Of a DNA stretch of 64,000 nt, positions 27,042 through 38,242 are shown one piece after another. Location of the stretch: the NCBI RefSeq assembly GCF_902652985.1, contig NC_047024.1, positions 14,632,001 through 14,696,000 of the forward strand, written 5' to 3'. The translations under genes were made by a program, and so were the position numbers. Position 1 is the stretch's first letter. Each line of letters starts with the position of its first letter. The DNA comes from Pecten maximus (Eukaryota). The notes below the pieces were generated by a model. That model was not told the DNA's origin, ran no database searches, and saw nothing but the letters and a program-made list of their open reading frames with translations.

Positions 27042-30000
27042 TTATGGTAAATCAGGTGGTTCCTCATCTGAATCAAATTCTGCATCCTCATCTCGAATCC
27101 ATTTCCCCTGTGAGGTCTTTCTTCCAGCCAGCACTAAAACATCAAAGATGATTCTGCATTAGGTGCCAGGTTTAGACTTTAGAGAGAAGAGAGGGCTTCA
27201 TTGACATGCCCATCCCCACATTTCTATATACGTGTACCACACTGTTATAAATTGTATGTGCAATACATAGGTCTATAATGTCATGCATTACCTGAAAATA
27301 AAAAATGTCCTCATGTATCATGATGTATCCAGCCATATTAGGTTAACATCTGATATATTCACTAGAAACTATTGAACTTTAGGTTAGCATCCGATATATT
27401 CACTAGAAATTATTGAACTTCAGGATGAGATGTCAAGACCAAATTTCTAAGCAATCATTCCCTGAAGTGTGTGGTTCATGCACAATTTCAGCACCAATAG
27501 TTAAAACACCACACAGTGCAAGTAGAGGCCACAGTGACCCAAAATTAAAATGTTACACTTGACTACAAATTTACATATATACCTACATACAAGTCTGATG
27601 TCCACACAAAACATAAAGATATACTCCAAAAACCTGCATATCACTGATTTCCAACACTTCAGGTAAAGATTAAGGGTAGGAAAATTACAGTGACCCTATT
27701 TTAGTGTCACATAAATCTTGATCACGGAGTTCTGTTTACATACAAAGTCTAACATTAACATATGAAACGTATGTAAGGACTCCAGAAACCTGCATTTCAC
27801 TGAATTAGGATAAGAGTTCCAATTGAGGTCACAGCAATCCTATTTTAGTATGCAACACACCACCTATAACCTGTATGCACCTGTTGCCCAGGGTTTATAT
27901 TCAGTAACTATGGGGGGGGGGGGGGGGGGGGGTTTGCTTACCCTCTACATTGCAGATATAGCTCAGCTTTCCTCTTCCTTTCCTCGGACACTGATGCCGT
28001 TTCTGGTTGAATAGACTGCTTCTCATTTGATGTCAGTTTGTTACTTGGAGGAGGTGGAGGAGGATTTCCTTTGTTACTTGGAGGAGGTGGAGGAGGATTT
28101 CCTGCCAGAGCCAGAATTTCTGACTGTTTTAAAGATGTACATGTATTTTTAATTTCACCTCCCCTAAAACCTGGATGTCCTGAGATTTCACTGTGTCCAT
28201 TAAATGTTTTAGAAAATTGTTCATCAGATCGAAACTTGCTGTCTTTGAAATTTTCATGAGGACATGTGCTTTGTGAAGGTAATACAGTAGTTGAATTATT
28301 AGAAAGCTCAGAATGATTACCAAATTTTCTTTTACTTTTATTACTGACATAGGGTTGGTATTTTCCAATATTTGTTTCTTCTGTTGACTTTTCCTGCATA
28401 AATATCCTTTTAAGTTGCTTTGAATGTTTTACTGGACCATTGTCTGCCTGTTGTAACAGCAGATCCCTGAATGACTGATTAGACAAAGTTTTTTTATCTG
28501 TTTTGTAGTCATCATCTTTTGGACAATATGCTCTTTTTCTTGGATCAATTTCAACATTTGAATTTTTTCTTTGTTGATTAGACAGAGAACATCTATTTCC
28601 GGGTAATGCAGATAAATTTGTCGAAGCAGGTTCCTGTGAAACTGAGCCGGTGAAATCCAGTTTTTGTTTCCTTTCATGAGGTCGTGGTTTCTTAGCCCTG
28701 GGGTCATAAGGAGCACCGATCCCTAATCCTTTACAGCTTGTCTGAGCCTTTAAAATGTAATAATAGATATTTTTAATGCACTTTCAAACTTTTGACATAT
28801 TTCAGACATTATAAAAAATGTTTTAAGAATCTGTCCCTATCTAGAATTCTTTGTTCAAACATCTCAAATTTTATCCCATGATATAAGTGTGTATACACAT
28901 ATTACATTTGATATCAAGTGGCTTTAGTCTTGTATATCATCTGTAACATTCAGTGAGTATTCATTGAGAATTAAATTGAGTAAATAAAGTAGCCACTATG
29001 CTGTTACATCTACATGAGAATTTGATAGTGCAGTACCCTGCCAACATATCACTAAGCAGTACATGTCGTCCTCACTAAGTGGTACATGTCGTCCTCACTA
29101 AGCGGTACATGTCGTCCTATATTTGTGGTCACTGTAGAGGATCAGACTATCAGCTTTATCTGCCAGTCTACAGACATGTCACTGCTTTATACCTGATGTA
29201 TGACTGTAGAGCCATTCTTCACATACTGGTCATGTTTACGTTTCTCTATCAGTTTCTTCAACTCGTCTTTCTTCCCAGCTTCATATTCGGCATCTAAACA
29301 TTCATATATCCACATTATTGTATAAAGGAAGGTTATTTTGTGATTAATTAAAGATGATACAACTTGTCAGGCAATTGTTGTTAACAAAGTATAATAATTT
29401 CAAGTTTAAAAGTGTAATAGACAATTAGTTCACAAGAATAAAGATCACATAAGACAAATTATCTTTTCCATCAATGATAAAAAATTATCAACTTTCTTCT
29501 CTAGGCATACAAAAGTATTTGTTTTTCAAACCCTTTGGATGACTATTACTGTTGTCTATCCTGCTTCAACTCTCTTTTTTTCCCCCACAATTTTTTCTCT
29601 TTTTTTTTCTTTTTCTTTTTCTTTTTTAGGAATCATACCCTTCACTCCACCTGTCAAATCAGTCCAGATATCCTAAGTATCATGAGTAATACTTACTGTC
29701 TGTTCACTTTTTTCAACACTCTTATTTCATTGAAGATAGTTAACTTGGTTCAGAGACAAAATTTTTGGTACAGAATAGTATAATGAATGACCACATGATA
29801 ACAAATTCTTACTTGCCAAGTGCTTCTTTCCCTGTCTGTGTACTATCAGCATATCCACTGTATCAAACACTGGTCTGTGCCCACAAACCAAGCAGGCAAA
29901 TCTAGAAAACAATTACATAAACACGCTCCTTATTCATCATAAATGACAACAAAGCATTGCAAGTGATACAAATCCTCTTGCATGCCAAGTATACCTGCTT

Positions 30001-30852
30001 ATATATCCTGCAATAAGCCCTGAGGCCAACTTGCTAGAGGTAATTTAAAACCTGACTAATATATAAATTGTACCAAAATCTATTTAAAAGTTGAAAGTTA
30101 TGATGTTATAGTGACCTTGTCATTGCTACCATGAAAAGGGTTTGAGGTATTCTCATACTTGACCAATATTTATGAACTTGAAGTTTGATTAAAATAGATA
30201 AATAAAATAAATAAAAGTATGGCATACCTGCCATTGCTCATCAGTAAGGCTTCATCCTCAGGTACTGCTATACCTAGTAATTCACGAACTCTTCTTTTCT
30301 ATCAACACAAACATGTCTGTGAGTTATCTCCCTTCTAAATTGTGTACATTTGAAAACCTCCATATTATTAGACATTTACACGGCACTTAAATTGGTCTTT
30401 TCAATTTTTCATAAAAATACAGATGTACAAATAAATAGGTGTTTTCAACATGCATTCAAATGAAAAAAATAAGAAATGACATTGTATATTTCTGTATACA
30501 TGTATATACAAAGATAATGTATAACTGGTCCTCAAAAAGATACAGCTAATTCGTAAGCTAATTGTACCTGTTGCAGGTAACGTTTTTTGAATGAATTACC
30601 TAATAATGAAGAAAAAGTAATATCTAGACTAGTCTCATTCATTACACGACTAATAAAACATTGTTTTTACTTTCTTTTATTTGGTCTTTATTTACTCTAG
30701 ATTGTCTATAACAGATGTAAGCCTAACATAGCTGCTTGCCTAGTCGTATTTCTGTATGTAAACTTGCTACTTGTGCCCAGAGTTTTATCTCCTATACTTA
30801 CTCTTAGAATTCCTAACTGGTTCGTATCATTCCCTTCCCTCTTGAAAGACAT
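27042..30852 (-). CDS. SCNM1: Sodium channel modifier 1 (minor spliceosome zinc-finger protein), 6 coding exons, with an apparent +1 frameshift in the last exon
   Basis: Exons 30802-30852, 30228-30298, 29813-29901, 29193-29293, 27942-28747, 27042-27133. The N-terminus MSFKREGNDTNQLGILRKRRVRELL..PEDEALLMSNGRFACLVCGHRPVFDTVDMLIVHRQGKKHL and the acidic C-terminus GWKKDLTG/KWIRDEDAEFDSDEEPPDLP* are hallmark SCNM1 motifs. Confidence 0.95.
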
Positions 30853-31707
30853 GGTGTCTCAGGCGTTGTAACTTAACATCAAATATCAGTTTGTCTGCAA
30901 TACTAAAAATAGGATATTTTCAACTTTTATAAAACTGGTTTAACTGAGTCTGAATTATCATGCAGACTAGTCATTTCAAAATATAAGTTCATAATAATTT
31001 ACAAAAAAGAGATTTCAAACAATAACTGAACGATATCTTTAATAACATGGATCTTGACATTACAGAAGACTGATTATGGTACTGACCCAAATCTAATACA
31101 TATTGGTAGCTCAATGTGTACCACATGGTCCTTTGCTAAATACATGCTTCTCAAAAATGTTTCCTGATAGAATATGTCAAATAAAACTAATAGATATTTT
31201 AGGCTAAAATAAGAGTTGTTTCTGAAGTGAGTAAGTAACACTGTAAATTTATTGGAAGCTTTAATGTCTACTACTACAGAAGGATATTACTGTCACCATG
31301 AATTATACAAGGGTCCATGTTAAAGGACTAAGTATGGACAATGCCCTACTCACTTCGGTCTAATTGTCTAAGTATCTCTGTAACTTCCAATCAGGGGAAT
31401 CAAAAATCAGATTTTCAAAAATGGCAATCATTTTGAAAGGTGTCCAAATTTCAGCAAGGCACCTCTGTGGACCATATACAACTCATTGTCCTGTCTCAAT
31501 ATCACTTTTAGGGGGGAGAAATCCCAATAATAAGATTTTCATGATGTGAAGTCTTGAATGTAACACAGGTACAAATTTCAGTAGACCATCAGTAATCTTT
31601 TGACCAGTCACCATACAAAACTAGGTGAAAGTCTTGTATACATCATGTTTATACTGAAAGGAAGACAAAATGCGATTAGAAATTGTCAAGTTTACTACAG
31701 GAAATGA

Positions 31708-33553
31708 AACAAGAGACCCATGGGCCTTAACAGCCACCTGAGTCTTAAACATGTCACTATCTTCTATATATTTACAATGTTTTTCTTAACAGTTCCTTTG
31801 TAAATACTAGTATAGTTTCACCCCTCCTCATAATTCTAACCAATTTTGAATCATTTCCATTAAAAAGTGATTTTCCTACATAAACTATTGCAAAGCTCAG
31901 CAGCACCTCTCTAGGGAGAAAACATGAAAACTAGGGGCCATGAAATTTACAATTTTGATAAATCATTTTAAAATCTTTCCATCCATGAAGAGTATTTGAT
32001 AATCTCCCAAATATTGGTCTTGAAGAGAAGATTTTTGAGAATTCCAGCCAATTTGACCAAAAACGTGGGATTCACATCCAGGAAATGATTTCAGATATGT
32101 TATCGATCTGACACATATGCTTTACCTGTCTCTCTTTTTTTTTCTCTTCCCTTCCATTCTTTGACAAGTCATTTGATAACTGTGACCTTGAACTTTAGTG
32201 GTCAAGGTCAACTTATTTGCATAACTATTGAAGTCAGCAATCATGCTGTGGATGTGCTAATTATCAAGTGTAAATGTGTCGCAGTAATGAAAACAAAACA
32301 TTTGAATTGCAATTTTTGGATGATTTTGAATTGTGGCCGGAAATCAGCGAGTGCCATATCTGCGTCATTTTTTATGAATTGACCTTGAAACCTTCATAAA
32401 AGCTGGTCCTTTAAAAAGTGACCCAAATAACCCATTCTGAAAGAATCTCGAATTTTTTGTATTCTTTTCATCATTTGACCCCTTTGACCCTGAACGAAGC
32501 TCAATGTCAACAATAAGCATAACATTTTTTGTCAACCTTACATGCTGTCAATGTGCCAAATATCATGCCTTCACGTGTATAGGTAAAGGAGCAGTGACCT
32601 TTCATGTGCAATATTAGGGGATTTTTAAATTATGGCGGGGGAAACTTTGATTTTTTTCAAAGTTGAAAAACACTTTGTTTTTTATCAAAGTGTCATATTT
32701 CTGTCATTTTTTCATCTGATAGTTATAAAACTTGCGAGTTCTGTTTCAGCAGATAATGTTCTTTCATACGAAAAAAAATACTCAATTTGTGATTTTTATT
32801 TTTGACCTACTTTGGGCCCTATAACAAGGCCTTGTTTTCTGAAATAAGATGGCATTAAGAAAACTTAACCCTGACCAAACTCTAACCAGTTTCCAATGAG
32901 AATGAATCAAACCATGTTATGACCAAATGTCAAAATAATGTTCATGTTCAATTTGTTAATACATATACAAAAATGTACTCTCTGAAAGACCATATGGATT
33001 ATTTTTACAACATAATGGTGTTTAAAGAAACTAAGTCCCTTAGGGAGGGGAAAATCCTTTGGCCTATTTTTACATCAGAATTGTGTTTATCCCTTAATGC
33101 CCAGCGATACTATACATAGTTATGGGATTGAGGGTCACAGTAACCATTTATGCAAAATCTGTTCCCCCATCACCACGGATGTTTCTGATCAAATTGGGTT
33201 CAAATCCATTTAAAACTCAAATCTCTATTTCCCTTATTTGGCCCCTCCCTTCAGGCCCTTTGGGGGTCAGAGTCAATATTTATATAAACTCTCTTTCCCC
33301 CTTCCCCTAAGGATATTCCAGACCAAATTTGGTTCAAATCCATTCATAACTTTATGAATAATAGCGATTTAAAGGATAAACCCCTTTTTCCCTATTTGGC
33401 CCCGACCCTCAGGCCCCTGAGGGTACAAAGTAAAAATTTATCCAAACTCGGTTCCCCTTCTCCCAAGGATGCTCTTGACCAAATTTGGTTAAAATCCATT
33501 TAAAACTTTATGGCAAATAGCAATTAAAAAACGAATCTCTATTTCCCCTATTT

Positions 33554-33586
<33 letters not shown>

Positions 33587-34500
33587 AGGCCCCTCATCAA
33601 TATTTATACAAACTCTTTCCCCCCTCTGGATGTTCCTGACCAAATTTAGTTAAAATCCATTCGTAACTTAATAATTAATAGCGATTTAAAGGATTAACCC
33701 CTATTTTCCCTATCGGACCCCATGGCCACTCCTCAGTCCCCTGGGGATTCAGAGTAAAAATTTATACCAACTCGGTTCCCCTTCTCCAATGAATATTCCT
33801 GACCATATTTGGTTAAAATCCATTAAAAACTTTATGACTAGTAGCAATTAAAAGACTAATCTCTATTTCCCCTACTTGGCCCCGCCCCTTAGGCCCCTAG
33901 GGGTACAGAGTAAAAATTCATATAAACTCTGTTCCCCCTTCCCTCAAGGATGTTCCTGACTAAATTTGGTGAAAAGCTATTCAATACTTTAGGACTAGTA
34001 GCGATTTAAAGGAGTAACCCTATTTCCCCTATTTGGCCCCGCCCCTCAGGCCCCTGGGGGTTGAGAATAAAGATTTAAACACTCTGTTCCTCTTCCCCCA
34101 AGGATGTTCCTGACCAAATTTGGTTCAAATTCATTAATAACTTTATGACTAGTAGCGATTTAAAGGATTAACCCTATTTCCCCTATTTGGCCGTGCCCCT
34201 CAGGCCCCTGGGGTTCAAAGTAAAAATTTATACAAACTATGTTCCCCTTCTGCCAAGAATGTTCCTGACCAAATTTTGTTCAAATTCATTCATAACTTTA
34301 TGACTAGTAGCGATTTAAAGGATTAACCCTATTTCCCCTATTTGGCCCCGCCCCTCAGGCCCCTGGGGGTTCAGAGTAAAAATTTATACAAACTATCTTC
34401 CCCTTCTACCAAGGATGTTAAAAATATGTTCCTTTATTAACTATAATACTGTTTAGCCCCTCCCCAGGGGAATGTGAAACCCAGGGGGATGAAATTTTGA
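31708..34500 (-). mobile_element. Helentron-like composite element(s) with ~155-bp internal tandem repeats (33100-34420), right end uncertain
   Basis: Begins AACAAGAGACCCATGGGCCTT..CACCTGAG. Segments 31710-31800 and 32161-32830 are reverse-complement homologs of 43200-43867. GCGATTTAAAGGA recurs at 34001, 34156 and 34310. Confidence 0.75.
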
Positions 34501-34770
34501 TAAAGCAACTTAACTGTACCATACTGTATAGGTTAAGTCTCGTATGTCTAAAAAAAACATCCGTACATGTTTGCTGAAATTACAAACTGTTAAAGTGTGA
34601 AATTATCTAAATCAGCGAAGTCCTTTGTGGCAAAATCAAGAAATAGTAACCATGACACATCACATTTTAATATAGCATGATCAGTTACATTTAGGTTTTA
34701 AAATTAATGATGTTATTTAAGAAGAAAAATACTCTTAAGTTATGATAACGTTACTGAATGAAAGGTTGAC

Positions 34771-34797
34771 CAGAGACCTATATACTATAGGTCTCTG
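34771..34797. mobile_element. 27-bp palindromic mini-element with 7-bp target-site duplication
   Basis: ggttgac|CAGAGACCTATA-tac-TATAGGTCTCTG|ggttgac. Confidence 0.75.
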
Positions 34798-35099
34798 GGT
34801 TGACCAACATATTTTTTTTGTCGAGTTATTATACAGGTCCGCGCCCGGTTGGTAGATATTAAAATTTCCCCGTCAGAATTTCAATAGGGTAGTGAGGATT
34901 TTCATTTTACAAACCGGACATGCTTTTACATACGGAATACCCGATACATAGCGTGAAATCCACCTCATAAGGGGGTCTATATTATATCATAGTAAAACGA
35001 AAATAAGATCTAAGGTCAGTAAGAATGTATAATTCCCATTATGTCCTACCTCATATCCAATCATTGGAACACCAACTGGTTATCATGATAATTTGATGT

Positions 35100-35560
35100 C
35101 ACAACTTTCCGGAATCTGACTCAAATTTGAACATAAAACAATACGACTACAGAGATTGTCAGTTAAGTTATTAACAAAACCGACTTACAAGCGCTTGAAA
35201 AAGATCGACTCAAACGCTCGAGAGATCCTGATCGGAAATATCGCGAGAAATTTATTACGAAACATCCGGGTCTTACCTGCGTGAACAAAGCTGCGCAAAG
35301 AAGTAATTTGTGTCATCGTCTTATTTCGGAGAAGCATCCCGTGAGCAAATTTCGGTGTTGTAAGTAACTCGAGATAAATAAGGTCCTATAGTTTCGCCAT
35401 ATAATATCTCTAGAGCTATTCTGTCAAATGGACTTCGAACATTTATTCTCAGAAGCCGTCATATGATATATCGCTAAAAGAAAACGCCCGTAACCTCGGA
35501 CGTAGTACAGCCCAAACAAGAATCGTCGGGACAGTCTGTTTTTGCCCTTTTCCGTAATTA
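35100..35560. promoter_or_regulatory. Putative CpG-enriched bidirectional promoter of SCNM1 (-) and CNOT4 (+) with non-coding first exons
   Basis: Local CpG enrichment. Minus-strand donor CAG|GTAAGA at 35277/35276 and plus-strand donor GTAAGT at 35360. TATCGCGAGA (TCTCGCGAGA-like) at ~35239. Acceptors lie upstream of both ATGs (30894 on -, ~38198 on +). Confidence 0.5.
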
Positions 35561-35863
35561 GATTGGATAAATGCCAGTCTCTTGGTACAGAGCAGAAAAT
35601 AGTCTTTCTAAACTGACATTAAGTCTGAATTTGTCATTTTGGAATCCGAAACTTTTGAAGCCTGTCCCACGTCAAGGTTGTAATGGCGTAGAGATGTTTG
35701 ATCGAACACCTGCTGATGAAGCGATTTGACGTGTGTTTCTGTCTCCGGTGTCAAATAATGTCATGTTGTCTTTATCAAACATAAAACTTTTAATATCGAT
35801 ACGACTGATATATTAATCGACATCAATTTATTGTTTACCGTTCAGTAAATCGGTGTCCTGTTC

Positions 35864-35990
35864 TGATTGTCAAAGTTTTATTGATTTTTTTATGTTTTGT
35901 CATTCAACACCTTTTAACAATTTGCAAAATCAATTGTTAAAAGGTGTTGAATGACAAAACATAAAAAAATCAATAAAACATTGACAATCA
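35864..35990. repeat. Long AT-rich inverted repeat with 59-bp arms (one mismatch) and a 9-nt spacer
   Basis: 35864-35922 is the reverse complement of 35932-35990. Confidence 0.9.
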
Positions 35991-38242
35991 AAAACTATAT
36001 TTCACAATATAATGTAATAGTGTACATATATATAGGGTGAAATATTTACACATGTAAAAGGGCAAATATATTAGATATCCTAATTTTAGGATACCTCAAA
36101 AAAAAGAACCTACCAACGGGAGATTTGATAGTTCTTCTGTGACGTTTATTAGATATTGAAAAAGGCCGTAAAAGAGCATTTATTGCTGTAACACACAATT
36201 GTCTTTACCTTCACAGCATCAACATTTTTGGTTCATTTCTTAAAAATATAATTAAAGAATACTGTAGATATACAATTGAGTGACTGAGTCTCTGCAGTGG
36301 AATAAAAAAGACATAATTTGGATAATTCTTGGTAAAATTAAACCCAATGAATAAGCAGGAGATGACTTTGATATGGTAACATCATATGGGAATAATTACT
36401 GTCAAAATGGCATACATGTTGTGTGCTGCTGTTGTAATAATGAAGCATTTGACAGTAAAAAGTGTTAAGTGCTTTTTCTACTACAACAGTAACTAATCTG
36501 TTCTGTGTTTATGGCATAGTGTCTTGTATTGATATGCTTTATGATTTGTTACCTACAGTATGACATTATCTAGCTAATTAAAATAAGCTATGCAGTTATT
36601 GTGTGTATTTGACTTTTCTTTCAAATTGTGAAATATAGTTTCAATGGGAGATATTCAATTGTCAGTTTTTAGATCAAACCCTCTAAACCTTGGAAATAAG
36701 TGTCTTCAATTTTAAGTTTAAAATGGATTAAGGATTGATAACATTTTGTCTTTGATAAAAATTGTATTAAATAGCATAAAATGTTTGTATATGTATGTAT
36801 TAAAATATATCTATTGTTGTCCGGGTATTACCTGATACAAAGGTCAGTCATATATTGTTACTCATATTAACATATTATGTTGTGCATTGCCTTCATTTAC
36901 CTGATAGGGACACAGAAATATTCTGGATTATTTCTGGTCAGTAACATTACATCCTGATAAGATAAAATTTGTTGTCATATTTGTAATAGTGTACATATAT
37001 ATAGGGTGAAATATTTACACATGTATGCAGTTATGGGAATTTTCATTTAAAACTGATTGTCACTATAAGCATTAATGAATTTTGAGTAAGCTTTTTTCAC
37101 CAAGAACCAACTGTTTGTTGACAAGTAGTATGAAACATAATAGATTGGTTAGTGTGTTTGTTGACAAGTAGTATGAAACATAATAGATTGGTTAGTGTGT
37201 ATGTGAATAGACATATCAACTTTTCAGTATTTAGAAAAACAAAATTTCATTATTTAATTATTGCAAACCTAGACCAGTCCATTTGTTTATTGATATTTAT
37301 TAAAAGACACAAACATGATATAATCTTCATTGTGTTTGATACATTTTTACAAAGACAGGTTTTCTACCACTATACAGCAGCTATATATTGATTATTCTAC
37401 AATGGGAGTTTGTGTGTACTATGTGCAGCTTATAAACCCACTCATAGCCACAGTTGCTACAAACTGATAATACATCTCTCTTTTTTTTTTCCCAAGAAGC
37501 ATTGTGGTACATGTTTCAGTGGATGTTAAAACCATGTCCATTTTAAAGAAACCTCATTATTCACTAGCTCTATCAGAAGTTAATCTAGACCAATTTTACT
37601 TCTGAAAAAATCTTTTTCCCAATTCGCCATTTTTCTTCCCAAAATGAGACAAAAAAGGCCCCATCCCAAACAAGTGAGAAAAAGACCAGATTTGAGTTAA
37701 CTGAGTAAATTTTACATAAAACTTATACTGTTAGAACTGAAGATTAACTCCTAGATAAGCATGGTCTTTGACTTATCAGAGCTCGAGATAATGAAGTTTG
37801 TTGATTGCATGATATTTATCTCCTGTCTAAACAGACACCAAAATATAATTAGTCTTGCTTATAAATTGTGTTCTCCTGTTTTGGAGGATTTTCTTTCAAT
37901 TCATGAGATTTTTTTGATGGGGAATTTGTTTTTATTCAAAGGGGAAAACACCACCAGTGGGGAATACTAACTAATTTTGGTAGTAAAATAAATGACAGTA
38001 TATCTTGTCCATTTAATTAGGGTAAAATGCCTTATGGCTAACAATATCGAAGTACTTAGTAATGTATCAATCAACATCATTTTAATCTCTTCAGCAAATG
38101 AGAAATAAGTTTTTTTATGATAACTGGTTAAATTAACTAAGTGGGAGAGTAACAAGGTGTGACTTTGTAGCTTAACTAGTGCACTTTGTTTTACAGGAGC
38201 TGAATTTGGAAGTTGCATTGTGTTAGTTGGAAACAATTTATT

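Noticed and set aside
28429-28716. Overlapping ORF suggesting a frameshift inside SCNM1 exon 5
   Set aside because: The true frame from acceptor 28747 runs uninterrupted into the 28486 ORF (261 nt, 87 codons).
27912-33584. Poly-G (27912-27932) and poly-C (33556-33584) runs as G-quadruplex elements, and Gly-rich ORFs at 27823-28259
   Set aside because: Simple homopolymers of unreliable length. The ORFs are antisense shadows of the SCNM1 polyproline segment.
36347-36375. Possible CNOT4 first coding exon (ATGAATAAGCAGG...ATG|GTAAC)
   Set aside because: The ATG frame is phase-incompatible with the RING exon. The exon at 38243-38266 (MAGEEQVE|CPLC) fits cleanly.
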